Of a stretch of DNA of 64,000 nucleotides, positions 47,563 through 63,096 are shown in pieces. How positions within the stretch are numbered: the first letter of the stretch is position 1; the number at the start of each line of letters is the position of its first letter. Below the pieces are notes generated by a model that was not told where the DNA came from, did no database searches, and saw only the letters and a list, made by a program, of their open reading frames with translations. The DNA comes from the human T2T-CHM13v2.0 reference genome, Homo sapiens: assembly GCF_009914755.1 (NCBI RefSeq), contig NC_060945.1. One strand, written 5' to 3'. The translations under genes were made by a program, and so were the position numbers.

Positions 47563-49297
47563 CTATTGGTCATCCCAGCCCACACGTTGTCCCTCATTCA
47601 TCTTGCTTATGATGAGTGTTGACCTGACACTCATCCTACCAAAGATGCCACCATCCTACCATCACACACTCTCTCCCTCCCTACCAGGACCAATTACAAG
47701 CCCATGCCCTGTTTCATTTGTCACTGGACTTAATATCTTTTAAACATAACTTAATCAGTCACTCTACCACACCTAATGGAGCTCCTCATTGGGAAGGTGC
47801 CTCCTTGAATATGTTTCAAGACAACAGTGACAACACTTGACAGGAACAAAGGGCACAGAGACTTGTATCCAAAGTCTGAGCTGGCTCTCAAAATTAATCA
47901 ACTGACTCAAACAAGATGCCCGTGGGAAGGCTAGAGGGCAGTGGGACCCACCCTTTATGTTCAACCAACAAAGCAAATTAGAAGCTAACTAAGTGCAACT
48001 GTATTTGTAGCCAAGACCTTTTCTAAGTAAATTGGATGAGCTTTATTCCTAAAATGTTTAATTTAATAACAGTGGATAATAGTGACTCCTGGGTCTCATT
48101 AATATGCCAGTGGAAAAGGCTTAGTTAATTTTTAAAATTATCATAATGTTAATTTGAAAGGGTACAGTGTCTTTCTCCCAATTTGTTCAATATGTTCAAA
48201 AGATATTTATTTTCACACATATAGATAGAATGCATTTTAATTATGGACAAACTAAAGGCTCTTCAAGGTCATTGTCTCCATCAGGGATAAGGGGGAGGCA
48301 GAGCTGGGGGAAGCAGGCACTTAATCAATGTTTGGTAATGAAGAGATGTGTGAAGAGTGTGCTATATTTAATTATTCTTTTTATGCTTGGGGAAGCTATA
48401 GGGATATCACTCTATTTTATTTCATCTCACTACAATATAATGAATTTTAAACACCAGAATGATGGCTCGTTTGGGTCCACCTGAACATAGATGAATAAAC
48501 TGCCTCAACTCTGGCAAAATAAGCAACTTCAACATCGCTTCAAGTGGTCAGTGGTATTTCTGTCCCAAAACAGCTGTAGCATCTGACTCATTTTTAAACT
48601 AGCTTACATGAGGGAGCGTAAGGGAATAAAATGGATTTCCATGTATTTGAGGGCTACAGGTAAGCTATGTTTTAAATATCCACAAAGCAAACAGCGTTAT
48701 GTCAGGACTCATCAGAAATCCCTAATTGGAAACTAACGACACACCCAAAGAAGAGGGTGCTGTGAGCAATAGCATGATTCCCAGATATCAGACCTCAATG
48801 TCCTGACCCTCCCTCAGTGACTCACCATGTGTTCCCAGGAACGGGGTGAAATTAATGAGATGACTACTTTCCACAATGTTGTGGCTATGCTCTTCCCACC
48901 ACAGAGGGTATCTTAGTTGGTGTTTGAAGGCCTGAGTCCTTGGCCCTAGGGCCTGGCTTGCATGTTGTAAAATGGATTACTAGTTTACAGGCTTCTCCCA
49001 GCCACAGGTTCACAGGCTACTATGGAAGAGTACTTAACTGTGGCAATTCCCAAAATCTGAAGTGAGTAGTAGAGTTACAAAGGAGAACGTTTCAGTGCCT
49101 ACTGCCACATTCCTGGAATGACAGACAATTGTATAAGTTATTACCTTGTCTTGATGTGTCTCTCCCATTGAAAGCTGGAAATTACAGATAAAAGGATCCT
49201 AGAAAATATCTTCCATCACTTCAGGAAAAAAGAAAATGAGTGTCTTTTAAGCACACAACTCTCTTCCAGGCATTGAGTTAAAGGTTTGTACAACTCA

Positions 49298-49603
49298 GCC
49301 GGGCACGGTGGCTCACGCCTGTAATCCTAGCACTTTGGGAGGCAAAGGCAGGCAGATCACGAGGTCAGGAGATCGAGATCATCCTGGCTAACATGGTGAA
49401 ACCCCGTCTCTACTAAAAATACAAAAAATTAGCCAGGCGAGGTGGTGGGCGCCTGTAGTCCCAGCTACTCGGGAGGCTAAGGCAGAAGAATGGCATGAAC
49501 CCGGGGGCGGAGCTTGCAGTGAGCCAAGATCGAGCCACTGCACTCCAGGCTGGGTGACAGAGAGAGACTCCGTCTCAAAAAAATAAATAAAATTTAAAAA
49601 AAT
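49298..49603 (+). mobile_element. AluY inserted in a MIR-like fragment
   Basis: AluY diagnostics (gagatcgaga, ctggctaac, gaatggc, gcggagcttgc). 18-bp TSD AAAGGTTTGTACAACTCA at 49280-49297 and 49604-49621. Confidence 0.94.
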
Positions 49604-52477
49604 AAAGGTTTGTACAACTCATCTCACTGAGTTCTTACAACAACTCTGTGGAGTAGGTATCATGTCACATACTGGAGCTGAAGTTCAGGGACCCTGGGTG
49701 GCTCGCCAAGGTCATGCAGTTTATATTTGACTAAGTTGAGATTCAACTAAAACAGAGTCTCTGAACTACCAACTCACACTGAGGATATTTAAATGTGATG
49801 AGATGCCTTCCTTCAAGTGTGAACAAGAATTTGTTATTTTTAATCAATCAATCAATACTTCATTGATGACATTATAAAGGATATAATCATTTCTCTTCTA
49901 GGTTCATCAATTGATTAACAATGGAAATAAATAAAATAGTAAGTCACAAGCACTGCTGTCCTACTTCGTATGTTTTGTTCATTCTGTATCCAATTTAACA
50001 ATTTTTAATCCTTAGAATAAGACACAAGGTCACTACAAACAAAGCAAAAAAGAATAGAGAAACATTAATAGCTTGAAGCTATAGTTTGAAATTATAATTA
50101 TGTATAATAGCTGTGCATACAACGAATTTTCAGAGCGTAGCAGATAAGTGAATTGATTTTTCAGTCTTATCCATTTTCCAGAGTCTGCCATTTTTCAGGT
50201 GCTAAATAGAGGGAAAATGTTGAGTAGATCCCTTAGATTAATTATTAAAAGAAACTTCAGCTTACATTGTGACTACAAGCAGATTATTTCTGAAGTCTTA
50301 TATTAAAATGATTTCAGAGTTTGTGAATAACATTTCTCATAAAGGTCTTGCCAACGTGAAAAATCGATACACTTCTCTGCTATTCTCTGAAAATACACCA
50401 TGCCACACAGAGGTAGGCAAGCTACTTGATACTCTCATGCATTTTATTGTCACATGCAAGCACTTTGACTCTTTATCTGCATTCACTGTATGTTGCAAAA
50501 GTAAAGAAACATGTACTGACAGTCACATAAGCTTGATGAAACTCTACACAATTTTAATTTGACAATGTTGTTCAATGAAATTAATAAATCATCCTTTCCT
50601 TGGAATGTAAGAAAAAATTACACGGCCAATTGCTGTCACTATGTAGTTAGGCACAACCTCAAACTTCAACTCAGCAAAAAGTCTTGTGAAGATTATTATT
50701 TTCATGTCTGCAGAGCGTGAAGTGAGGGGATGGGTAATAGGAGCAGATGAGGAGAGATCGAGGAACTACTACCCATTATCTTCATCACTGATGGATAATT
50801 TGCTCTCATTTGTATAGAACAATCTAAGCCTTATACAATAATTATCACAGGCTGGAAATGAGCAATTCTTTCACTCAAAACTGAATCACAGCAATCATTT
50901 ACAAGGCCAAGCATTTGAGAGTAAAATGAGCTAAGCATGTGAGGGAGGCTGGAGGTTTGATAGGCAGAAAGGATATTTTTCATCACAAATTTGATAATAA
51001 TGTTGACCAACGCCAGTTCAGAGAAAACCACTTAGCCTCATCGAATGGAGGAATAGTGAACTTGTGGAAAAATTAATATATATGAAATGAAATGCTGTCA
51101 TTCTGCACTTTTTCAGAATGATCACCCTCTCAAATTGAAGCTATTCATTGTCTCTTAAGAAATATAAAAAGGAAATTCAGAAGCTTAAGTGTAGAACTTA
51201 ATGGTTGTTTTAAAAATTAAATACATCTTGGCTGAGTTGTTCTGCTTTCTTTCCAACTTCCCACGGACCTCTGGGTTGAATCTCCAGAATCTTTATTAAC
51301 CAAGACATTATAAAGCCCTGGAGGCTCAGTGATTTGCACCACAAAATGGAACTGAAATTCATTTTCCAATCTCTTTTCAAAAAGCATCAATCATAAGAAG
51401 GGTTGAATAATTTGGGCTGGAAGGAACTCTAGGGCAGAAAGCAGAAGGTGAAAGAAACAAGCAAAGACCAGCAAAATAGTTGCTGCTTTTTGAACCCGAA
51501 AATAGCAATCACCAGCTACATGACTTGTGTAAAAATAAACCCTCAGAGGACAGTGTCAAGGTTGAAAAATTCTAAATTGAACCATTCTCTCTGTTGATGC
51601 CTGTTTTCAGATTCATGTGGTTTTTCATGTGTGTCTTCAATGCAGATCAAAATCAGGGTGCTGTCAAGAAAGGTGAGTAGAATCCCAAGTGTTTTTCAGC
51701 ACAACTAACTCCCATGTGGCAAAGCCCATGTGTCGTTGGCATGGGCTCCAGTCCTGGCCTTCCAAATAAAGAGAGGGAGACCCATTTGTAACCAGACATG
51801 AGTAATGTTTATGTACAGGGCCTAAGAGAGAAGGCACCGAGTCTCCCAAGATGTATCATCCTTCCCTGATCCAGAATTGTTCAGGGCCTACTAGGTACTC
51901 TGTGGGGTAAGGATACTGGAATCTATGTAGGAGACAGGTAAAGTGGATAGGTCTTCTCTTAACATGACTTAATTGACCTGTGCTTACGCCCTTTCAACAT
52001 AGTTCTTCTTGGTCTGATCTGCCTGTCTGGGGGATTAGGAGTGTAACATTAGGCCAGCACTATCTCAGGTTGGTAATTAGACTTCCAGTGCTGCATTTTA
52101 AATTCTTCTCATACAATTCTCTTATCTGATTGATGAGAAGCCAAGTCCGAAACAGGGAGCATCTTTGCCAAGCACATCGAACATTCTTGTGCACTACTTC
52201 GAAACTGTCTCACTTCATTTCTTACTGTAGCCTCTTTGCACACACTTAAGCCAGTTTCATGATGGTGCAGTCCCAAAGTGCTTCCTTCACTTTGAGGCAA
52301 CTCACGTGCTCCTTGCTTCCTGCTAGGTCTTCTCTGATGCCATGGCAAGGAAAGTCCATGTTAATTTTCTCTGCACTCACATATGTACCACCCAGAAGTG
52401 GGGTCAAGTGTAGGCAACAGAGAATGCAAACCAAAGGATGAAAACTCCCCACTTTTGTCCTCCAGGTAGATAATACT

Positions 52478-52838
52478 TGATATGGTTTTGTCATGTCTCC
52501 ACCCAAATCTCATCTTCAATTGTAGCTCCTGTAATTCCCATGTGTTGTGGGAGACACCCAATAGGAGATAATTGAATCATGGAGGCGGCTTCCCCTATAC
52601 TGTTGTCATGGTAGTGAATAAGTCTCACAATATCTGATGGTTTTACAAAGGGAAACCCCTTTTGCTTGGTTCTCATTCTCTCTTGTCTGCCGCCATGTAA
52701 GATGTGCTTTTGCCTTCCACCATGATTGTGAGGCCTCCACAGCCACGTGGAACTGTGAGTCCATTAAACATTTTTTTCTTTATAAATTGCTCCATCTCAG
52801 GTATGTATTTATCAGCAGCCTGAAAACGGACTAATACA
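52478..52838 (+). mobile_element. THE1-family solo LTR
   Basis: tgatatggtt...cacccaaatctcatctt...ctaataca. TG..CA termini. 5-bp TSD atact/gtact with one mismatch. Confidence 0.9.
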
Positions 52839-53904
52839 GTACTGAAACTCACTTCAGGAAGTCCCATGGGATCACGCACAAGTTGCTTGCAATGGTGGCT
52901 GACTTGATAACACTTTCTTGTGGTTGCTTTCCCTACTCTTCTATTTCACTACCCTTGCACTGCAATCCCTGGAATAAAACACCAAAACTGTCTCAAGCTT
53001 TGCTTTTCAGGGAACTTGGGTTGAGACACCCAGATTCCAAATATTTGCTATTTGAAAGAATTAGAAATAATAACCAGGCCTTCTAATTCCCAGCTTAGGC
53101 CCCTAAGGGTACATGCATGCCTCTGTCCATGCAATCCCAAGAAAAACTTGTACACAAGCTGAGCATCCAGCAAGTGACATTTGGGTGTTTAAAGCCATTT
53201 CTGCAATGGCCAAATCAGTAACTACAAAAGTCTTGAAATGCAGCTAGATTCTTGGTAGATTGTCACATGTATTCCTAGTAATGTGGATCTACTATGCTGG
53301 TTCCTTAACATAGGCCAGTCCCTAAGAGTAACATCCAAAACATCAAAAGTTTGGCAAATATTATTGTCAGTTTCGTGTCACTGTTGTTTTCCAAAACGAA
53401 AAGATGCTTTTTAACAAAGTAAGACATGCACCTACTGTGAAATGGGAGAAAATTTTAGGTAGTAAATGGACAACTCCTTTATAGTTTTAATTAGTCATGC
53501 ATTTATTTTTAAATGTATTAATAAAATAGGGCTAGGTTATCCAAGCCATAATTTTGAGGATATTACATAAAATGAAGCTTAAGCAAGTTTTTTTAAAGTG
53601 AGTTACTATAAATAAACATAAAAGTTAATATAATATAAAAGTTAAACTAAAATAATATTTGCAATGGTGAAGATATGAAAATAATGACAAAAATTATCAA
53701 GATAAAAATCACAGCAGTGTGTTTAATAAATATTTAAATGATTTAATACAATGGTTTCATAGATACTGAATAAGTAGTTTAGTTTTTTAATTTTTCAAAA
53801 TTCACTTTATTTTAGAGAATATGATCATTTAACAATCCCCATTCACAACATTCGCGCACACACACACACACACACACACACTCCAAGTACCCTGCTCCCT
53901 CTTC

Positions 53905-54625
53905 TGTTTATCAATTACTTTGTAACAAATCACCCCAAAACTTAGTAGCATAAAACAGCCATTTATGATGTCCATGGCTTCTGTGGCTTGGGAATTTACA
54001 CAAAGTGCAGCAGGGCAGTTCCTCTCTGCTCCAGATGGATGGGGAGCCTGCGATTGTCTGAAGTTTCATTTCTTCACATTTATGGCAGCTGACACTTGCC
54101 ACTGTGGGAATACCTATGTATGGCCTCTTTATGGGCCAGGATTTCTCCAACACTGAGGCTGGTTCCAAGAGTGAGAACCTCAAGAGGGTATATATTAATA
54201 TATTAATATATGCTTATATGATAAATATGTAAGTATATGATATATATCATATATAAGATACATATATATCATATATATGATAAATATATATCATATGCTT
54301 ATATGATATATAAATATATTAATATAATTAACATGTAGTATTGTGTTAATATATTTATATATAATCTATATATTAATAGAATATCTTTATAATCAATATA
54401 TAAATATATATTTATATATAAGTATATATTAATATATCACTTTTTCTGACCTAGGAAGTCATTGAACATCAATTTTGCTATACCCTAGATAACAAGGCAT
54501 CCCAAAAGCCCATCCAGATACCAAGGGGAGGTAAAATGGACTCTACTTCTTGATGGGAAGTGGGAAAGTTCTGGAAGAGGACAAGAGGCTGAAAATATTG
54601 TTTTGGCCATGAAAATAAACTACTA
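53905..54625 (-). mobile_element. MLT1-type LTR interrupted by an AT-rich low-complexity tract (54190-54437)
   Basis: tgtaacaaatcaccccaaaacttagtagcataaaac at the left end. LTR-like sequence resumes after the AT tract. Confidence 0.62.
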
Positions 54626-57600
54626 TCATTCTCCAAATTGCCAGCACACCAGGACTGGGAATCCCTGAGATGGGCTTAGGTGATGTTCATAAAAATTGAA
54701 ATTTTATGTCTCACATCATTGGAAATGTTCAGAGTAGAGAGACAGCTCTTTATCAAGGAACACTGTGATGCGGATTCTTACAGGAATTAGAGAGACCAAT
54801 GGATGCCTTCAACATCCTAAGGCCCATGTGCTTGATGCAGTGAATCAGGCTAATGACCAGCACCCTCGGTGCTTTCAAGGAGCTTCAGCCACTCCAGAGT
54901 CTTCATTTATTCTGGCTTGATTTCTTAATTAAACACTTGGCAGCTCCACAGCCTGTGGAGAACATGTGTATTCAGGGTTTTCCATATCAGATGAAGAGGT
55001 CAGGCACATGGAAGCTCTTGGGGACTCTACTGCAGACTATGGGAACTTCACCAGTCTTGACGGGTCAGCTTTTTGAAGATGACACAGTCTTATAGTCTTA
55101 TATCATAAATGAAATTGTTTTGCAGTTAGTGGTGGATTGAAGACCATGAAGATGGAATTAACAACGGAAAAATAAAATACCAGTAGCAATGCTGAGAACA
55201 CTGAATTGTTCCCAACTCAGCCTTCCATTTTCTGTATCCATTGTATATTCTAAGGTGGTTTCCTCAGGACGTCTCTGACTGATACTGAATTCCCATTATT
55301 TAGGGTGAAGATCAAACTGGATGCAAACATCTTTTGTGTTTTAAGACAATGTGTCTTTCCCTGCATGCTCCTGAGCCACAGGTAAAGAAGGTCACAGCCC
55401 AGGAAAAGGGTCAGTCATCTTAGACTGATCGTAAAGCATTGCTCAGTCCTTGCTTTTCTGATCACGGTTATCATCGATACTGAACTATGAAGTGAACCTG
55501 AAGCCAGCAGTTGCTTTAGCTAAAAGGCAAAAGAACTAAAGGTTGATAAAACGACCCTTCAGGAAACTAATCAACTGAGACTGATAACCAATCTCATCTT
55601 TCACATCACTTCTTAACTTCAGTATCCTTTTTTCCCTACTTATATCAACGCAGCCACCAACTCTTCTTTCCTTCCCAAGAAAGACATAGTATAAATTCCA
55701 CAGTAACTTTTGGTTCCTACAAAAATATCTAATGTAAAAAAATATTAAGCTCAAGAAAGAAAACTAAAAAATAACTAGGAAGAACTAAAAGGAATGACTA
55801 ATTTACAGTATGAAGAATTATATTATATATTATATAAGGGTAATGGTAATCCCCAGAATTTTGAGTAGTAATTCAGAAGACAAGCATGGTAATAAAAATT
55901 AATAAGAATCAATATAAAAAGAAAGCAATAAAGTGAATGAAATGTGGTGGGCATATTCGAAATAATCAACTTTTGAAGAGATGACTTCCAAATGGATTGT
56001 TTGCAAACCAGATTGTTTTCCACACCTCAACACCCACGCAGAAGCACAATTTTTGTTAGAGAACCTGTTGTCCAACTAATGAAAACACATAAAGGGTAAT
56101 GTTATCTTTGCCTACAGGTAGAGGGCTGCAGGGCATCCAATCGGCCCCACAAATGCTCTTACTCTTCACTAGGCAAATTTATCTTTTTCAGACACGACAG
56201 ACACGCCATTCAGATCATCCAATCCTTGAAATAGACTTTTCAATAGAATTCTGATATTAACTTGGTTTTTCAATTGTCCTTACCTACTAGAAATAAAACA
56301 CCCTCAGTACTTAGCATAAGTATGCCAATCCGATTTCAATGTGAGTTACAGTTGCACCCCGGCTTGTACATCGGTCTCTTTAAAATTTGGCTAGCTTCAC
56401 TTAGTCCTCCAGAACCTGCTAACCCTGGGTGAACTGACAAAATTAAAAGCCTCAGCAGCCAATTGAAGGAACAGACCCTGATCCTGTTGTCACTGCACAC
56501 CTCCAATTAAAATGTAGACACCAGCTTCAGTCTGGACAGCTGACTCATCTCTCTCAATGACCAAACCATTTTATCTGCTACAGATAAGAGGTACACATTT
56601 CACTAAAAGACCATTTTCTCATATTATCTAATGAAATCCTCCTTCTCCAAGTACTTTTAGCAAATAGAATTCTCTTTTAAGTTGAATGATTTCAGTATAA
56701 CAGAGGTTGAACTGACTAAATGACCTCTATGAAAAGTGGCTTCTGGTTTTCTGACATGCCCCTTGAATTTGATGCCTTAAGAAGAATGAGGAATGCATAA
56801 ATGAAGATAAACGGAGAGCCATCAGAAAAGCTGTTTTGTAATGAGCAATAGTTGTTCTGATAAATTTTAAAAATTGAGCCTTAGCTTACATGCATCTAAA
56901 ATTGCAGTGTATTTTTTTTCTGGCAACTCATCATGGCAAATAATTTGGTATATTGACCTTTGAATTTAGCATTTAAGTTTGCACATTATTGCATACCCAA
57001 ATAGTACATTGTGTCCATTGAAATTACTTCTTGCATATCCCACTGCACTTTCTACTATTGCATATTTTAAATATCTTCCTCTTTAGTTATATATATTACA
57101 TATTAGAAGCCATAAAACAGTATCCTAGCAGTAGTCCCACAAACCTTCATTTATATACAAACTTAAAAGCTAAGGCAAAATTTAAAATTTATCAGAACAA
57201 TTATTGCTTGTTACAAAACAGCTCTTCCAATGGCTCTTCATTTATCTTCCTCATTTATGAATTCCTTATCCTTCTTAAGGCGTCAAATTAAAGGAGTACG
57301 TCAAAAGTTCTACAAGTTCCTTCCCCAACTTTCCCATTGACTCATTGCATGACCTGAGGCTCCTCATTGAGACTCCATGGGTCTATTTCATGATCATCTG
57401 TAAAACAGGGATAATGGGATCTGCCTCACCAGGGAGCTGCAAGAACTGAGTTATGGTTTGCAAAAGGCTTTGTGATTCACACATAAAAGGCACTACAAGA
57501 AAGCAAACTGTCATTGAGCATTACAAACAGTTTTCATCCCAATTATTTTAAAGTCAGAAAAGATTAATATTCTAAGCTTCCAAAAGATATTAAAGCAGCA

Positions 57601-58053
57601 TGATGTTATATAGAATTTCCAAATCTAAGGCAGGCAATTGCTGATTCAAGTTGCTTTTTTTTTTCTAGGAACCAGAGACGTCATTCACAGATAAATGCAG
57701 GTAAAGGTAAAACTGAGGGAGATGTGAGGTACATACTTGGCTCTGAGATCTGGCAATAAGAGAGTTTCTCTGCTTTCAAGTTACCCATTGGAATCGAGCC
57801 CAAGAGAAATATAAATGAAATATCTTCCCAGTCTTCAGCCACTTACCCAAATCTGGTTTTGACCTAACTCTTCTTAAAGTTATAGCAATAATTTTCATGT
57901 ATTAGGGATAAGTTAAGAGTTAACCTTATTAGGTTTTTTCTTACTACAGGACACTAAAAAATTAAATTGTAAATTGTACAAAGTGATGGCGAGACATCTA
58001 TGCTGCACTTTAAATTTTCTACGAATAGCATAAGAGAAGGCTCCTAAGGCATT

Positions 58054-58360
58054 GAGTAGTCCCCACCTCCTTATTCTAAGGGATAGCTTCCAAGATCCCC
58101 AGTGGATGTCTGAAATCATGGATAGTGATCCTACATATACTGTTTTTTCCTGTATATACACACTTATGATAAAGTTTAATTTATAAATTAGGCATAGTAT
58201 GTGATTAACAACAACAATAATAAAATAGAACCATTATAACAATATACTGTAATAAAAGTTATATGAATGTCTCTCTCTCTCTCTCTCAAAATATCTTGTA
58301 CTGTCCTGAGGGTAACTAAAACCACAGAAAGGGAAACCATGAAAAAGGGGAGGCAACTGT
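58054..58360. mobile_element. MER44A-like (Tigger7-derived) DNA transposon
   Basis: agtagtccccac...ttccaagatcccccagtggatgtctgaaa...tgataaagtttaatttataaattaggca...aaaaggggaggcaactgta. Confidence 0.8.
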
Positions 58361-58951
58361 ATTCATAGCTTGTAAAGTTATAATATTTGATATTAATAAT
58401 CACATTTAGCTGCATTGTACTTATTTTCACCTTTAAATTACAACCGCACAGGGAAGGAGTAAATTTTCTCCTATTATCATTTGTTGTATTTCTGTATTAA
58501 AAGCCTCTTGGGCACTCTTGGCACTGAAAATATCATAATAATAATTTAAAAGATTAACATTCACCCTCTTCCAATTAAGAGAGTGCCATAGCTGCAGTGA
58601 TACAAAGGTGAATGCCAATGTCTTGGCTATAATATAAATAATGGGACTAGAAATTAGCAATACATAAAGAATGAAAAGAAGAAAAGAATGGTTTTTTAAA
58701 AAAGTGATTACCACAATGATTAAAAAAAAAATTAAACCAAGGATGGCCAATAGACTTAGGGCAACCAAGGGACTTCTTCTGGAGAAATTCTTAAAATTTC
58801 AAGTTTCACAACAGCCTTGCCAGATTTCTATTACAGAAAACCCAATTATCCAGATAATTTGCATAATTTAAATGAGGCAAATGAAAAACATTGGCTGTAT
58901 AGGGTATCTCAGAGTTTACTGTGAAGATTACAGATGAAAAGTGTGCTCAAC

Positions 58952-59457
58952 TGAGCTAAGAGTTGGGGTTCGACTCTGAAAGCAAGGCTTGGACATCAGA
59001 GGTGGGGCTTGGTCACCAGAACAAATTGAGGACTAGCTAAAACAGGTCCAGCATGGAAGCATCTCATTATAAGACACACCTACCAGCACATCATGTCAGT
59101 TTACCATTGTCATGGCAACGCCCAGATGTTACCACTCCTTTCTATGGCAACGACCCAACCAGTCAGCAGTTACCACCATTTTCCTAGAAATTTCTGCATA
59201 AACCACTCCTTATTTGCATGTAATTAAAAGTGGGTATAAATATGAGTGCACAGCTGCTTCTGAGCTGCTACCCTGGGCATGCTGCCTATAAGGTAGCCCT
59301 GCTCCACAAGGAGCAGTACCTGTGCTTTTGTACAGAGGTACTTGCCACTTCAGTAAAAGTTGCTGTTTAACATCACTGGCTCACCCTTGCTTTCCTGGGA
59401 GAAGCCAAGAACTCTCCTGAGCTAAGCCCCAGTTTGGGGGTTGTCTGTCCTGCCTCA
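58952..59457 (+). mobile_element. ERV1-class (MER4-group) solo LTR
   Basis: TG..CA termini, catggcaac repeats, octamer ATTTGCAT, TATA-like tataaat, agtaaa polyA signal, and a ctaagccccagtttggggg end. Confidence 0.75.
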
Positions 59458-60989
59458 CCACCACTTAGCCATCTAGAACCTTGGGAAAAGCAATAAGACT
59501 GCTAATCCCCTTTTTGCTAACTATAAATGGAAACAATAATGGGGCCTACATAGACTTTGTGGGAGGCCTAATAAAGTAATGTCTGGGACATGTAGACATT
59601 CGATACATAATGGTTCTTCCACTCCCCTTTTTCTTTCATTTAAGACAGGGCTTTGTAGGGGCCCAATTTTTCCCAAATAAGAATTTCAATTTGTTTAAAG
59701 TTGTCATAGATTCCTAACCATATATAACTTCTTAGTGCATGCAATTAATAAAATATAGAATCCAAACAACCTGTAATAGTTAACAATTACAGCTTTATAC
59801 TTTTAGATCATGAATAGGGCTCAAGATTTTAACATGAATCCCCAAATTTTGTACTAGCTACAGTTAAAATGTATTTCATTTCTTCATAACCTTTATAGCT
59901 ATGGCCAAGATCAACTCACTACGCTATCATTCCTCACCATGGTGGCAGGGATAAAGGTGGTCTGCCTATGCTTTAGGACCCACAGTTCTGAAAGAGGATG
60001 CCTGAAGTGGTGGGTAATACTTCACGCAGGTGGAGGGGAGTGGGGAATGGGTGGGTTCCAAACTTGTCTAAAGTAATTCTAATGACAGTAGAGAGCAAAC
60101 AAATATCCTTAGGAAATACTGGTAGAACCCATTGGGAGGGAGCCTAAAGCAGCCCAGAGCAAGTGCAAAAAAAATTTTGAAGACTTATATTGTGTCTTAA
60201 TATCACGGTAGAACCATTATTATCCCAAAAGTCAGCAGCTGATTCTTCTTAATGAAAGAATCATTCCAAACTGCCTTATTTAGGAACTTTGGTCAGTTCT
60301 TCGGAATAGAGGATGAGGCTCTCAGAGCACTATTGTCAGCAGAAGCCAAGGCAACAAAGAGGCAGCTCGCTCGCTGAACCACTGGTACAATTGGAATTGC
60401 TGGGGAGAAAAGAGGAAAGTGTCAAGAAATAGGAGAGGGACAGAGAGCACAGATGGAGGAGGAGATAATGAGCCAATCTCATATTTTAAGGCTTAGAGAT
60501 CTCACGGAAATTATGTCAGCTATCTGCATGTCATAGAAGAGCATAACGCTGATCTATGCTCTTTATCTGTGCTTAACAAAACTTCCTCCAAAGGTAGTGT
60601 TGAAAAGGAATTTCAAGAACAGTAATATCTGTTTTCCACTGTGAAGTTGCCCAAGCTGTTGTTACGTGTTCCCTCCCCCACCTCCCCTTCATCAGTATGG
60701 ATGATTCATACTAGTGAGGTTTGTATGTGTGTGTTGGAAAGGGCCTAATTTTCACATTTGGTCAACTCAAATGTTGACAAAAGGAGCATGCATCAGATAG
60801 ATATCCAAAACAATTCCTGGAAATAGGAATTCAACCCTATGTTAGGGTGTAGGCTGAGAATACTAAGTGCCCTATGAATACATTAGAGTCTTCAAATGCC
60901 TTCGGACTTCCACAAAGTTGCAATGAACTAATCATAGCTAGATACCGAGCCAGTGTTTTAATTTGTAGTACTTTGATGATGAGAGAAGC

Positions 60990-62250
60990 TGTTATTTATT
61001 TATTGTTATATCGTGTTATTTATTTGTTACTTTTTTAGTGAATTGTCCACTTATGGCTATGCCCAATTTTCTGTTCAGGCACTTATTTTTCTTACTCATT
61101 TGTAACAAACCTTTACATATTAAACATACAAGCTCTTTGACAGGGATTACAATATTTTTTTCTTCTACTACTCTTGCCTTTTAATTCGGATCACTGTATT
61201 GTTGACATACAGTTATAAACTATAGATTTTTTAAATAATTTCTTCCTATGTTACTTAGGCTTAAACAGACCTTCACCATACCAAAAGGTTCATCTACTTC
61301 TTCTACTCGTTTGGTAAGAAATTTTTTTTTGACATGTAACTATAACTTTTCTGGAATTTAACTTGCTATAACTTTATTTAGAATGTTGAGATGAAATTTA
61401 TAAATGAGATTGGTGTTATGGATTTTTTTTCTACTTTCATGACCAGATTGGGGTAATAATAGTTTGTAAAATAATACCAGCTATCTATATGTCATAAAAG
61501 AGTGTATACAGTATAACACTGATCTATATTCTTTACCTGTGCTTAACAAAGTAACAGAGCTTACTAGTTCAGTGTTCTGGGCCCAAAGCATTTTCAGAAA
61601 GTAATTTTTGAAAAATATTTTAATGTCTAGTTTGATATTTTGTTCAGATGCTCCGATTTTTTATTTTTTCCTTCTCATTGAATCATTTTTATATTCATAT
61701 TCCCTCCTATTCATTCATTCTTGAGATTTTAAATTTTAGAAAAGGGTTTAAGTATTTGCTCGTAATTTTTAATCTCAATAGCTGTCATTTCATTCCCTTT
61801 TTATGCAGATATTTTATTTTTAGTTTTTCTAATTTCATTAATTTCTGCCGTCTGTGTTATTTTCCCTTTCTCTTTTGTAAACTATATCATGTTATTTACC
61901 AAATTTTTATTTATATACTAAATATATTTCTGTTATAGAAAATATAGCTTTAAATCTATTATGTCATCTGAATTTATTATATTATTTAGATATATCTTAG
62001 CATTATTTCCTATTTCTTCTGTTATATACTGAAAAAAGGACGTGTATTTTTTTAGTTTCTTGACTTGTTCTTGAATTTGTGTTTTTTATACAATTTGATC
62101 TTTTTTTAGTTTGGATTACAGAATGTTATTACACTCGTCTTTTTTTAATCACAAACCATTTTTGTTCTGTTTCATACTTTTACCTTGAAGCCTAATTGTT
62201 TAATATTATTACTGTAACTCCAGATGTTTTGTTTGATTTTCTTAATGTAG
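60990..62250 (-). mobile_element. Old L1M (L1ME-like) fragments
   Basis: T-rich, diverged L1 antisense-like sequence. Boundaries approximate. Confidence 0.45.
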
Positions 62251-62253
62251 TGT

Positions 62254-62595
<342 letters not shown>

Positions 62596-62683
62596 TGAGT
62601 ACTCATAATAAATAGCTCACATTCAGATATCGTTTCTGATCCAGTCCTAATATTTAGGTTTTAATAAGAAGTAATGTGCTCAG

Positions 62684-63096
<413 letters not shown>

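Noticed and set aside
58433-58768. Hydrophobic 111-aa ORF resembling a membrane protein
   Set aside because: Explained by T-rich composition. No promoter, splice or homology support seen.
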